This document shows positions 13,236 through 27,200 of a stretch of 64,000 nt of DNA, piece by piece. Under the pieces are notes generated by a model, which worked only from the letters and a program-made list of their open reading frames with translations, was not told the origin of the DNA and searched no databases. Origin of the DNA: Podarcis pityusensis (Eukaryota); assembly GCA_964106645.2 (NCBI GenBank), contig OZ067043.1, one strand, 5' to 3'. Both the position numbers and the translations under genes were made by a program. Within the stretch, counting starts at the first letter, position 1, and each line of letters opens with the position of its first letter.

Positions 13236-14960
13236 TTAAGAGGAATGCCTAAGAAATGGGTCAGCTAGATGACCATGCCTAGGACTGGACTGTGAGTAGG
13301 ATTGTTGGAGAATTCTGATGAAAAGGGAAACAGGAATGGAAACGGTTGAAGTTTTTTTTAGATGTCCCATCTTTGCAATGGAAGTCAATCCACTGATTAC
13401 AACTTGTATTTGCAGGTGTTGTTGCAGTCAGTCTGCAGAGTTGATTAGGCCACCGCTTGCATTGTGTTTCCTTTCAACTGAAATGAACAGGATGGAATAA
13501 TGTCAACCTCATCTATGCAAGTTAATAAGATACATAATTTTGCCACAGTGGGCAGTGAGCTGAATAATGTAGTTTGGAGTGGAAGATGAACTGCAGCAGA
13601 ATGGAAAGAGTGCTGCATGTGACAAATACATGGTGGAAAAGAAAGTGCCTTCTTATGTCCTCAGCTGTTAGTTTTATGTTTTAAATCAACATGAGCTTTC
13701 AGGGTAAAGAAAAGCGAGGAAAAGTCAAAACCTCATTTGTTTGAATTAGAAATTAGTCTAGGAGGTCTGAGATGCTATGCTCTGCATTCTGTTTGAAAGG
13801 TTTTGCATCCATATGCAATTATCTAGGAAGATGTGCTTTTTGTTTGAACTTACTGTTCCTCTTCCTAGCTAACTTTTCTCCCTGCCCGCTGCTTTAGAAA
13901 TAAAAACCTGTGTACGGTTTCCTGTAGTTCAATTTCATGCAGGCCTTCAATTGGGGACACCACATAGGCAATATCTAGATCTAGATCTATCTCCCCTCTT
14001 TTTCTCTTACATACATGAACAGACACACTGAAGCCTTTCCAATGCCAGCATAAATGTAAACTGTGTTGGTTTTGATACACCAAGCCCCACAATGGGGTGG
14101 ATTCAGAGTGCATAATGAGGCTGACAGACACTGTTTTCTGATGGCATCAAACCCCTCCCCCAAAAGGATCCCTAGTCAAGTCATTGGGATGACTTCAAAA
14201 TAGCGCTAAGTCACTGGTTCCATCAGCTCAAGGATTTCTCTTTGGGCAATGGCATATTCTCCCCCTGTGTGTGTCCCCCCCCCCCAAATCTGTTCTGGGG
14301 TTTCCCCAACCACAGAGCAGATTTGGGAAGGGCGTGAGGGTAGGAGAGCAGGGGAAGCCCTGGTGCCCTAGAACCAATCATTATGTTTGCAGAACTATTT
14401 AGCTGAATACGGCCCATAGTATGAGTGTCATAGTCAATTAACTTATTTGTATATCATATTTCCCACATGTATATTGTGCTTGAAGTGGTTCACAAGACAG
14501 GCAATTTAAATATAATAACCCTATTTATAATACATCACAGTATAACATTTTCCATTCAAAAATGACAGTGTTTTCTGTGAAGAGGAACAAAATGAGGAAC
14601 AGCTTAGGGGAGGCAGGAAAAGGTTTAGTTATGAGCAGGGATGGGGAAATCTGTTTCTCATTTTTCCAGTTCGGTTCTCTACATTTCCACATCAGTTTGT
14701 GATTATTATTCAGAAAGTCCTCATGAAAATTTATCAGTATCTTTGTACCAATTTCTCATATACTTTTGTATTAAATTTTGCCCAATGCAAACATTTTTTG
14801 CAAGCTAACCCCCCTCATAGAACACATCTTTATGCACACTTTAGCCTATCCATTTTTCTTCACCTTACTTGGTTGGAGAGCTACATTGTAATATTCAGAA
14901 AAGTTTGAAATTCAAAGGATGACCTATGAATTGTTTCAGGAAGCGTGAATTAGGTACAGA

Positions 14961-15320
14961 GGGATGCGGGTGGCATTGTGGTCTAAACCACTGAGCCTCT
15001 TGGGCTTGCTGATCAGAAGGTCAGCAGTTCGAATCCCCGCGACGGCGTGAGCTCCCGTTGCTTGGTCCCTGCTCCTGCCAACCTAGCAATTTGAAAGCAC
15101 GTCAAAGTGCAAATAGATCATTAGGTACTGCTCCGGCGGGAAGGTAAATGGCGTTTCCATGCACAGCTCTGGTTCGCCAGAAGCAGCTTAGTCATGCTGG
15201 CCACGTGACCCAGAAGCTGTATGCCGGCTCCCTCGGCCAGTAAAGCGAGATGAGCGCCACAACCTCAGAGTCGTCCGCGACTGGACCTAACGGTCAGGGG
15301 TCCCTTTACCTTTTTACCTT
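14961..15320 (+). mobile_element. Sauria (POM-type) SINE, full length
   Basis: GGGATGCGGGTGGCATTGTGGTCTAAACC head, GTTCGAATCC B box, (ACCTTT)n tail. Confidence 0.93.
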
Positions 15321-15979
15321 TGACTACAAACTGAACCAAATTCCCTTTCCCTCCCCAGCTGAGGGAGGGGAGAGGAAACTCTTTAGGAAAAGGGGAAATT
15401 CAAGGGAGAGTCAAGAAAGTGGAATGGGAGAAAGGTTTACAGTAGTTTTCAGGGAGGCTACTCCAACATTGCCCCTGCTGCAAGTGCCAGGTTTTTGAGG
15501 AGCACCTGGCCATGGTGTTTCTAGTGGTTCCTCTTCCAAGAGTGCATCCATAAGAACATAAGAGGAGCCTGATGGATCAGGCCAATAACCCATCTAGACC
15601 AGCATCATGTTCTCATAATGGCCAGTCAAATGCCTGTGGAAACCAGCAAGCAGAAACTGAGCACAAGAGCACTCTCGCTTCTTGTGGCTTCCAGGAACTG
15701 GTATTCAGATGCATTACTTCTGCTGAGCATCTCTCCCTGATCTATCCATTCACTGGCCTCTCCTGGAAAGAAAAGCCAAGAGCTGCTCTTTTCCCTTGGT
15801 CCTCTCACTACTTCCTCATTCAGGAAGGGCAGCTGAATAGATAGCGGCAGGAGAAGCAATAAGAAAAAGGAACAGCAAGGCTAAATACTGGCAGCAGGCC
15901 CTTTTATCTGGAAATGAGCCTCAGCAGATGCCCAACAATGGAGACTTCTGATGCCAGCTCCCTCACTACCCACCATCCC

Positions 15980-16361
15980 TGTCGGAACCGTGGAATGACC
16001 CTTCTCAACTTTGCCGCTGCGGAGATCCATCAGTCATCCTCCTCCAACGTGCGTCTGCGACTCGTGCAGCTGTGCACAAGCACACATTACTAAGCAGAGT
16101 AAACACACAACAGATCAAGCTCGAGGCGTGGATACTATACTAAACTACGCATTTATTATACATAAATCAGGACAAAGAAAAACATGGCCTCTCTCCTTGT
16201 CGTTCTTCTCGGAGAGAGGGAAAACAAAAGCAATACAGAGCAGATGTTCCGCTCACAGGACTCCAGCAATCTGTGCTGGAATGTAAACAGACATGTGACA
16301 TGTAACAACCCCACATATCTGCAGCTCGGGGGGAGTGTAATTCCTACTGTAACTTCTTACA
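15980..16361 (-). mobile_element. Probable solo LTR
   Basis: CpG-retaining block with TG...CA ends (tgtcggaa...ttcttaca) and minus-strand AATAAA ~16152-16157. No convincing TSD. Confidence 0.5.
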
Positions 16362-17350
16362 TGTGCCCTCACTTTATTCCACTCTTGTAAGAAACCCATT
16401 CTTACACCCACACTTCTGTAGAGGCTTCCTAAAAGCATAACTAGCAGTCAGCCTCCTAGAATCAAGCCCTTTCAGGTCTGCTCAGTTTCCTGTGTGTATA
16501 GACACGTGCAAAGTTCTGTCAGGTGACTTCATGCCTGGTGAATGTAAGGCAACAAGGCTCAGAAGATCCTAAGCAGCTCTAACAGTTGAACCCAAGGGGT
16601 TTGTTTGTTTTTAATGAGCTGTTTCTATTAAGCTGCAAAGAATAGGATACTTCCCGCCTGCAAAAGAACTGATTTTCTCAGAAGCTCTATTCACAGTGCA
16701 CGTGTGATGGGGTTCTAATTCCAGTGAAGGTATAATACATATTCCAGTGCTTATAATGTCTTCTTTCCCTAAATTACTGTAAACTATTTCATTAATTATA
16801 ACCCAATTCCTTATTCCAGCAAAGTGATAGCAAGGGCAGCACTGCATATCCAGCACAAGACTCTGTGGTCCTGATCTCTTTCTTCTACGCAGCAAACCAA
16901 TGAAGGCAGTTTAGGCAGTTTTGTTGGCAGCGCTAACGGAGATTAGATGGGTGAAAAACATTTTAGAATTATGTGCATATGAGAGGATGTTACATAACAA
17001 AGTAAGTTCAGTCTCTTGTTGCATTGTTCTAGTTAGGGATTAACTTTTCTGAAAATCTCTATGTCAAAGTCTCCATATCAAGAAGCAAGCCTTTTTCTTT
17101 TCCTTTTTTATTGCCTCCACTAAAAGTAAGAGAAATCTTTACATATTGTATGCATTTTTATAGTATACATATTATGTGTCTATGCACCCCAGATTTCCTA
17201 AAGTAACCAGCAAGTGAACAGATGGCTACAAGAATGCATGTAACTGTGTGAAAAACTGTGAAAATACTCAATTTTAATGAAAGTATCCTGTAGAAACATG
17301 GGGCTTGATTTTTTTAATACATAGTATATGTACAACATATACTATGTTGG

Positions 17351-17493
17351 TTGGACGAGATGGTTGGCCAGTGTTGGTCAAACTAGCATGAGTTTGACCA
17401 AACCGCAGGAGGCAGTGGAAGACAGGAGTGTCTGCCGTGCTCTGGTCCATGGGGTCACGAAGAGTCAGACACAACTAAATGACTAAACAACAA
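17351..17493 (+). mobile_element. RTE/BovB-like LINE 3' end
   Basis: ...GGTCCATGGGGTCACGAAGAGTCAGACACAACTAAATGACTAAACAACAA, the characteristic BovB-type 3' terminus. Confidence 0.85.
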
Positions 17494-18512
17494 TATGTAC
17501 AACATACGTGAATTTTGCATATAATTAGTTGGGCTTTTTATTTATTTTTTAAAAAAACAACCAAAAAAGCAACAATGCAGGCAGTCAATGCAAGAGGCAG
17601 TTCTCTGTGGACAAAATTCAAACAGGTCAGAACCCACAAAATCAAGATATAAATCAATTTAAAACAGATCCCTCCTGCACCTGTCAGTCATTCCAACAGA
17701 CCCTTAGTAACCAAGTATTCGTCTGCAGAAAGGAATAGGAAGATGCTCACACAGCTGGCTGCTTCAGTCGTAGTGGTCTCCACATGAGTGCCTCAGACTG
17801 CCCAGGGCCATTGCTGCCCTCACAGCTAGATGCTGCTGGTTCAAACGAATAGTGCCTCTCCATGTGCACATTCTGGCTGTAAGCTTAGCAGTAGCTCTGT
17901 GCATTCCTAATGCACTCATGTGTGGGCTGCTGGTGGCAAGTATGAAGAACTGACTCCAGGCAGCAAAACTCTCAATGCACCTAGATTTTGTATTCCAGCA
18001 CCTTTCTTATGTAGAAAGAGGAATCATGCCACACAGCTCAGATTGTTTCTTCATGAAGTAGTGATAGGGCAAAGGGGATTTCAGTGGGTCTACATTGAGC
18101 ATGACTTAGCTGGATGTCACTCACTGCATGTATATACTAAACCTCTACACCACTTTATAACCAGAAAATATTCCAAATCAATTTACAATACCGTAAATTC
18201 AAAACAACAACAACAAATCCAAAAAGAAAACACACAAAACTAAATCAGAAAAACAGCGACAAAAAGCTTCCACTGCTCATCAAAAAGCTGCTGCTTTTGT
18301 AACAACAAACCAAACATAAATGAAAACATTTGCTTCTACCGTACCAGTAGAAATGGAGAAAGTGCAGTCCATGGAAGGGTGTTCCCCAAACTCCAGAGCT
18401 GCTTGTGTGAAGGTCCTACTTTCCCTTTCCACAGAGGCCAAGTTGGCCTCTGAATAAGATAGAGCTTGAAGCAGAGGCTGATTGTAAAATTATGGGGAGG
18501 TAGTTTTGGAGT

Positions 18513-18756
18513 TCCTGCCAACCTAGCAGTTCGAAAGCCCGTCAAAGTGCAAGTAGATAAATAGGTACCACTCTGGCGGGAAGGTAAATGGCGTTTCCGT
18601 GTGCTGCTCTGATTCACCAGAAGTGGTTTAGTCATGCTGTCCACATGACCCAGAAGCTGTACACCGGCTCCCTTGGCCAATAAAGCGAGATGAGCGCTGC
18701 AACCCCAGAGTCGGTTACTACTGGACCTAATGGTCAGGGGTCCCTTTACCTTTACC
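18513..18756 (+). mobile_element. Sauria SINE, 5'-truncated
   Basis: 3' two-thirds of the SINE with ACCTTT tail. 12-bp TSD TAGTTTTGGAGT. Confidence 0.92.
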
Positions 18757-21700
18757 TAGTTTTGGAGTAGAATAGGTGTGGGGATCCTTTGGCACTCCAG
18801 GTGTTGCCAAACTGCAGTTCCCATCATTCCTGGCCATTGGCCATGCCTGCTGGGGCTGATGGGAGTTGTAGTTCAGCAACATTGGGCAGGCCAAAGGTTC
18901 CTCAACCCCTTGGAGTTCTCAGAAGGAGAGAAGCTGGGGAAATTAGCATGGAGCATCTGACACCAAGAGAGAATGCACTAGTGAGATAATGGGCTGTGGG
19001 ACTGCTTGTAGCATGAGTGCTTTCAGAAAGGACTGGAGGCACAGCACCACAATAAAATTCCATTATGGGTTTTGTATTGTGGCTTTTGCAATCACCATAT
19101 TCAAACTGAAAATGAATTGCTTTTTCCAGTTTCAGAAAGTTCATTGTTAAGATTTCACTTGCATTTTATCATCCTCACTACTATTTGGCAGTGCTTCTGA
19201 AGTCCTATTAAGTTTGCTCTCTACCGAATATTGAAGCAGCAAGTTGACAACCTGAAAGGACCATCTGTTTGGCTAAACACTGATGCACATGGCTACTTCA
19301 ATTCAGTAAGTGTATTCAAAGTGGCCAATTCACTTCAGCAGTGATCTCCAAAGAAAGGTCCCATTGAAGTTGGCGGAAAGCCATTCAACTGGCTAATAAA
19401 ACACTCAAGTAAGCCGATAGGCACAAATAAGTCCACTTTCCTTTCTCATTGTTGAATTTTACTCAGTGAAGTAAGGACTGCACAAGTAGGACCTAAATGC
19501 ACCTTTGAGAAACTAATTTGGTTATGAAGTTTAACAAATGATGATGTCACTGAACCTCTATTGCCCATTTCTGAATGGTCCTTTTTATATTAGGACATGA
19601 AAGAAGGTGGAACGAAAGAAGATATGAAGTTTCTAATCTTCAACCAGTGCAGAAAAAAGATAAAAAGGATTCAAATGCAGAAGTTGTTAGACCTGCAGAG
19701 AAAAAGCAGGTCCTTTGTATAGCCACCTATTAAGAGATAATGGGAAGAATGAACACATTCTGGCCCTGCATGCTGGTTTCAGTGAACTACCATTATCACA
19801 CTGTTCATGCTGTTTAATTAGGAACAGGGGAGTGTGGCAAACTCAGAAAGCTGGCTTTTTCAATGTCTGCCAGTTGTCTTTGCTGAATTGGGGTCACCCA
19901 TTTTTTTGTGTTGTTGTTTTTATTACACGTTGTGCTTTGTTTTAAACATTGTGATCCAACAAAGCAGACTTTGATGATACTTAGTGGTGCTTCTTGACTT
20001 CCCTTACTTGTCCCAGTTGTATTAGTAGACCTCAAAATACCCATTTCTCTTTTGAGTCTCATTATCTTCCAATGTATTAATATGAAAACAAACTTTTTAA
20101 AAATGTTTTTGGATATAATTTTTAACAACTTCTTTCTATGATCTTTGTTCATGGATTTTAAAAACTTTTTGTAATTCAGACAGTAGGTGAAATATTGCAT
20201 TTGATGGATTTTTTTGTTGTTGTTTTTTTTGCTAAGGGGTGAGAATTCTTTCCCCTTCCCTCTTTTTTGGGGGGACGTTTTAAAATGAATAAAAGATTTT
20301 TTTAAAAAAAGAACATAGTGTGTTCCATGGGGCTATTTCCCTCCTTTTCTTTCTCTGCCACTTGTATCTTATTATGGCTTACTGAATCTGGTGCCAAAAT
20401 GCCTTTGGAGGCTTCAGTGGCATATTTCTGTAGGCCAGTAAACAGCCAACAGTCTTGCCCTGAGTACAGAAACAAGCTTTACACTACTGGCATCATGGGA
20501 TGCTGAACTCTGTTGTCATGGCAGGAATCTGCTGGGTTTTATTTCACTGTCCATTAGCTGAAGTATTGCCAGGGGACGGCATTTGTAACTGCTGAATGCA
20601 TTTCAGTCATGGAGATGCTCAGCTGAAACTGCCTGCAAGGACATGTCCAGCCAGGTTGTGGTTTGCATGCTTCTGACTAACAAATAACAAAAAAGCGGCC
20701 GAATTTTCAGATCTCTTCTGCCTTCCAAGTCTCCCAAATCAAAGGCAAGAAGGGGAAATGACTGAACCAAGGCTTCTAGCATATTGCTTCCTGTTTTATC
20801 AGCAAGACAGAGAGACTGACCTCTGGGCTTCAAGGGCGCCATGGAGTTTAGGTCTCAGAGCCACAGACCTCCAAGTGTCCCTATTTTCCATGACAGTCCT
20901 GGATTTACAGAAGCCATTGTGGTTCCTGATTTCATCCTGGAATGTCCTGCTTTTTCTTAGGATGTGCCTATTTTCATTGGAGAAATATTGGAGGGTATGG
21001 ACCATATTTTCATTGGAGAAATGTTGGTGGGTATGGAGTTATGCCAAGGAAATAAGTAACTATACAATCTTTAGAAGACATCTGGAGCCCTGTATAGGGA
21101 AGTTTTTTAAATGTTCCACCAGGCAATACAACACTCTTGTGCTGTTGTTGCTGTGGTAGGAATACTGTTTCTTTGCTTAATCTGAATAGAGGGCAGAACA
21201 TAACTGGTGATTATCAACAGACATCCCCATGTACTTTTCATACTAATGGAATTCTGGTACGCTCAGCATTTCTCCCTCTTCCTCCCAATGAGGGGAAAAA
21301 GAAGTTGCTATTAAGTAGCTCTGCGCTCTGCTCATGCCTTGCTCCAGGAGATCTTGGTGGTAGGCCCATATTGATCAATTTCTAATTAAGCACTAAAATG
21401 CCTGGCGCTTCAACCGTAAGGTCAGCAGAAGACCTCTTGCAGAGTGAATCCTTCCTGGCCCCATGCCAGCCTTTCAAGTGCATCCGTGGACAGTGCTAAA
21501 GATTTATACACTTCATCGCCTGTCATTTTCTACCCGGGAAGAAGCAAGCCTCTAAATTGAATTATCACAAAGAAATCAATTGCTGATCAAACCTCTGTGA
21601 AATTATAATTGCTTTAATGATCTGTGGGCTGGAAATGAATGGATGGAGCCATGCAGATAGTGTACTGTTCACAGAGCTCATATCAGGATCATTCTTTGTT

Positions 21701-23190
21701 TGTGGAGAGAATTAGAACTTCCTAATTATGCATTAATTTAGCCTCCTCTTAGTGTTCCATTTTTGGACATTTCATGCCCCCATTTTCTTACTTTGACTAA
21801 TGTGGCTGCAGCGTAGGATTCTGAATTCTGAGAAGCTCTCTGTGGTTATCAAAGAAAACAGTCACAGCAGACTTGATTTCATTTAAGCCTAAGTAGCTGC
21901 CATTTTGATGAAAATATTCAGGAAATAAAACGGGAAAAGATACATGAGCCTTTATGACTCATGCAAAATGTTATCAACAGCCTCCTTTAGCCTCTAGCCT
22001 TAAACCACTTAGGTATAATTAGAATTGACATTTTGACAAGTTTATAGAAAAACACAACAACAACAACAACAACAACCGCATGCACACCCTGCAACATCTT
22101 GGAGTATCTTTAAAAAATGATCACTGGCAACAACAGAACCAAAACATGCAAGGAATATATGCAGCTGTGACAACCTATTTCTTCACCCTGAAAAATGGCT
22201 GATAATTAAAAAGGAAACCCAAACAAAAGCAACCAGCCTTACTCATCTCTGCTGAAAGGCTCAGGATTCCCTGCATTATGTATTAGGTTGTGGACGCAAC
22301 TGACATAATTAGGACGAAAGCCGAACAAACAGACGAACTCATAGGAATGTGGATGGAGTCAATTCCTCCGTCCTGCATGCCAAGGATCCTGTTTATCAGG
22401 CTGCAGCTCTGCTTTAAAAAATCCTCTTTGCTATGGAAGGAATCCAAGATGCCACGGGGGATAAGAGCTGCATTGATTTATACCATTGCCAGCAGCAGGC
22501 ATGTTCTCTGCTGTGCCGAGGGTGTTGGCAGGAACATTCCCTGAGTAAAAATGAATGAAGCAGAAGAAATCCCACAAGTCAAGATACACTGGAGGCAGAA
22601 ATGAGCTGTTGGTGGGACCGGGTTGCAAATGCAGGCCTCCAGTCCATGATCTGCAGGACATCATACTTGTCCCAAGCTTTCTTGACAATTATTCTGCATA
22701 AGGCAACACAATCTATTAATCATCCAATCCCTATCCCTGCCACACACTCTTAAAACTACTTGGTTTCATTGCTGTTTCCTTGGGCCCTAGGTCAGCCTTC
22801 CACTCCAGAAAGACACACAGGAGCATAGGCACCTGCCTTGCACTGAGTCAGACCATGGGCACATCTAGCCCTTTATTGTCTACACTGACTTGCAGCAGCT
22901 GCCTAGGGTTTCAGGGATGGGCATTTCCCAGCCTCACCATGCTAGGGATGGAACCTGGGATCTTGAGCGTTCAAAGGAGATGCTCTACAGCTAGTGCTTG
23001 GAATGAACTAATTCATACCAACCAATTCATTGAAGTATCTATTTAAAAATCTCATTTAAAAATTACACAAGAATAATTCCTACAATTTCTGGTTGAAATG
23101 AACGTGAATTTACTGGAACTTGTGGCAATTTTTAATTCAGTTCTGTTTGAATTTTAATTCAATAATTTATATATAGGGGTTTCATCACAC

Positions 23191-23326
23191 CAGGCATAGG
23201 CAAACTAGGCCCTCCAGATGTTTTGGGACTACAACTCCCACCATCCCTGACCACTGATCCTGTTAGCTAGAGATGATGGGAGTTGTAGTCCCAAAACATC
23301 TGAAGGGCCGAGTTTGCCTATGCCTG
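23191..23326. mobile_element. Palindromic hAT-type MITE
   Basis: Almost fully self-complementary 136 bp. 8-bp TSD CATCACAC/CATCATAC. Degenerate relatives near 18775-18905, 42125-42245, 48655-48740, 48960-49095 and 50760-50890. Confidence 0.9.
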
Positions 23327-24011
23327 CATCATACTTAACTCTGGGTTTGATTGCGACCAGTGCATTTGCCATTCTTACCTACCTGAAAAGTGATGCTGCT
23401 GTTTAAATTTAAAGATAATAACTGTTGGGTTCAATGAAGTAAGGTTACTGTATTCTCATTTGTGAGAAATTTACTGATAAATTAAGAGTATCTCAGGGTG
23501 CAGCTAAACTTGTGGATTTTGCCTCCGTTTGGTGGCCATCTGTTACTTATATGATAGGCCAATCATAGGGATGGCAAGTCCTAATGAAATATGACTTTAT
23601 TCCTAACATTTGTTTTGTATTCTTTCTGTATCAGGTCATTTTTGTTGCAACATCTAAGTCACTATATAGTCTCTTGAGGATGTATTTTATTTTATGAGGT
23701 AACAGCTGTGAACTTTGGTTTTGTTTGCTGGTTTTGTACTTTGTTCTCTTCTTTTTCACTTATTTTACTTCATATTTCTCACAGGGTTGTTTTTTAATGT
23801 CATAAGAAAGTACTGAAAAGGACAATCCGTGCCTTGTGTTGTGTTGCCTAACTGCTTTATTGCAGAAATGCTACTGATTCCTTTAACCAGGGTGTTTTCT
23901 GCATTGAGCCTGAGACAGGATGAGCTAGAAAATACAACTGTTGAAACCCGAAAATCAATACATACTCTAACTCTTTTATTCTGAAGTTTTGCAGCCCACT
24001 CATTTCCCATA

Positions 24012-24242
24012 CAGTGGTACCTTGGGTTAAGAACTTAATTTGTTCCAGAGGTTTGTTCTTAACTTGAAACTGTTCTTAACCTGAGGTACCACTTTAGCTA
24101 ATGGGGCCTCCTGCTGCCGCCGCGCGATTTCTGTTCTCATCCTGAAGCAAAGTTCTTAACCCGAGGTACTATTTCTGGGTTAGCAGTGTCTGTAACCTGA
24201 TGCTTCTATAACATGAAGTGTCTGTAACCTGAGGTACCACTG
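24012..24242. mobile_element. Tc1/mariner-type MITE
   Basis: CAGTGGTACCTTGGGTTA...TAACCTGAGGTACCACTG. Reverse orientation of the 51054/58523 family. Confidence 0.9.
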
Positions 24243-27200
24243 TGTATCTATAGGATGTTCAGTGCCAGTGCCAGTTGTTTGTTTGTTTGGGGGTTGTTAT
24301 CCTTGGGTAAGAAGTCCTCAGTCAGCCTATAATGGGCCAGGAGTCAGCTTCACCTGCTGAACAGCAGCCTGAAGGGAAAGAAGGGTGAGTGACTCCATTT
24401 GCAGCTGATCAAGGACACTGAGAAGAAGGCACTGTTGATAGCCAGCTGCCACTGATGATAACCAGCTGGCTTCAGCCTAAACAGAGCTCTCAGAAGCAGT
24501 CAGATGTTGGAAACAACACCTGTGGCTCCCAGTCCTAACCTGCTGTTTCCTGCTCAGACCCTTGGCTTCATGATCATCGGACTCCCTGATCACTGGATTG
24601 GCTGACTACATAGATTGTTGTTTTCCCGACCCACAGAACAGACTTGGCTTTGTATGCAGAGTCTGCCAAGAATATCTCAGAGATTTGTATCTTCTGCTTG
24701 TTTGGCCTCACACTCCACCGAGCTCTGCATGCTGTTGCTCAGCAATGGGACTATGACACAGGGCCCCCCACTCCCCGAATCTCCTCGCTAAGTAGACCTG
24801 ACTTTGCTGTAGTAATTGCTACCCATTCACTTCCCCTCTCTCTGGGCCCAGCCCAGAAGCAGAGGGTTAGTAGAGAGGCATCTGCCGCTCCTTTTCCTTG
24901 CTCCTGTCATTGATTATTGAGCTGCTCTCTCCGAGTAAGCACAACTACTAAAAAAAAAAAAAAAAAAAGGAGCAGCAGCAGAATTGGGGCCTGCAGGAAT
25001 TGACAGTGGGATCCCGTTGGGGTATGGACCTTGGCATATGCCTGATAATGTTGCTGCCTGGTCCTTTTCGTGTACACACAAGATGACAGTGGGAAATGGC
25101 AGCTCTAGGAGGAATGCTAAAAATGAAACCCAAAACAGAAGGCTTTACAACATCGCTATGCAGTCTCACTCACCACTTTCTACCAGAAGCTTTGATTTAG
25201 GAGATACAAGTTTGATTCATAGTACTGCAAAAAGCTTGCTGTGTGACCCTGGGCCTATCATTTCATCTTGCTCTGTGCAAGCTTCCCATTCTATCTAATA
25301 GTGATGCGTACTATTATCTGTCATGGCTGTCGATCAAGGGTGTTGCTGTGCAATTGGAAACAAGCAGGGTATCCATGTGAAAGCCCATTATTATCAGTGA
25401 GACGTTTTCCATTGGCTTTAGGGTGTTTGGATAAGACCTTGGAGTGACAGATTAGCCTGGTTTGTGAGCATCCAAGACAATAAAGAGAATGAATTAAGCA
25501 ATAAAGTAAAGGAAATGCAATGTAAGGGCAGAGGACTGTCATTGACTGTGTATATGCACCAAGAATCATGGCCTGGCTTAAGTCTTTGGCAGTCACTTCG
25601 AAGTCGTCATTTCATGTTACTCCATGGATAACTGTTCTGTATTATGGACCATCTCTGTGATGGCGAGCAATTCAAGAATCTCTGGTGCCAAGTATAATGT
25701 CCTGATCTGTGTCCCCTAGTCATTGTAATCAGAAACAGTACTGAAGTGTGCCGACAGAGCTACTAAGAATCACAAGCCGAAGAACATCATTAAGGAAATG
25801 AGCAGGGCTTGGTGTACTTAAAACTGAAATTTCCCTGACTGTAATGTGAGCAGAGGCTGCCATACAATGAAGTAAGGTGGAGAGGTTTCTGAAGAAGGGC
25901 ATTTATTGCTAGAGAATTAGTCAGGTTTACTTGTGTTGATCAATGCAGACATTTATTTCAGTTCCACATCAGAATGTTAAGCAGAAACCACAGTATTCTC
26001 TTTTTTTAATCTTAAAAAAATAAGTGTTTTATGCACTCTGTTTAGTACCACCATATTTAGTTTTTCCATTTCCTTTGCAACTCAAATGATTTTTGGTGAA
26101 ACATCACATATGTTATGTAATGATTCTAAAATCCTTGGTTACCTCTCAGTATCACACTGAACAAACGCATTACAAATTCGCAGCCATATCACACATTTAA
26201 TTGTGGCAATTTTCATTGTGTGGAGATTTGATACTGACTGAAGTTGATTCTTTTTGAGAATGCTAGAAAATGCATTCCCTCAGAATCACATAGAACTGAT
26301 GAGATTTTATGGTAGATTATTCTCTTTATGACCCAGCAGGAAGGGAGAACTGTGGATATCAGTGGATAATTGTGGCAAAATCATGAGATCACTTTTAGAG
26401 AACAAGGAATCAAAGACCTAATGTAACTGTTTACAGTAGGGCTCTGCACAGACAAACACACACACACATCCAATTTGAGGTCTGATCTGGGACTTTAGAT
26501 CTGCCCTGACCCAGATCCGGGCTCCAAATCAATTTGGGGTACAAGACAATAGGAGCCACTGTACCTCCTTCCCCCTTCCCAACTGCAGAGCAGCCAGCAG
26601 GGTTGAATCCCTGAGAGTGCAATCCTGATGCCTGCTGCTTTGCCTGTGGGTTTTCTATAAGGAATAAGCTGGCAAAGCAGACTCCTGCATTTAGCAGGTC
26701 AGAACCATCCACTCACCAGTTGGTAAGCAGAGAGTGCAGTCCTGCTGGTAATGCACTAGAGTCAGCAGGACTGAACCCACCACTTACTAGCTGGTAAGTG
26801 GAGAGTTCAACCTGCCCAGTCTGGCTCCATGCATGTGTTCCTCTGCTGGGAATATGTGCACACAACCAAAGTGCAGTGCAGTGCAAGGCTGTTTGGAAGC
26901 CCTTTTGCAAACACCGAAGTGGCTGTAGGCATCTCTTTAATAACCATGCAACAGGAAAGTATTAGGAGGAGGTGTCAGCCAAGAAGAAAATCTGGCTTCT
27001 GACCAGCTTCACTTTCAACTTATTTCATTGGGTGCTGACTTGACTTATGTTGAACTGGAGATTCTAGCCGAGCATTCTGGGCCCCCTGCGTTCTGCAAAG
27101 CTGTGGTAGGATAACACTTGCTCTGCAGGGATTAGTGAGCACATAAAGCGAGGTGTATATGCTTAACATTTACTGCCTGAAAACATCACAAAGCACTGAG

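Noticed and set aside
19500-19710. Minus-strand acceptor CTTTTTCTCTGCAG near 19693
   Set aside because: No convincing donor or coding frame. Such matches are common by chance.
21470-21500. REST/RE1-like motif (CCGTGGACAGTGCT)
   Set aside because: Only the right half-site matches.
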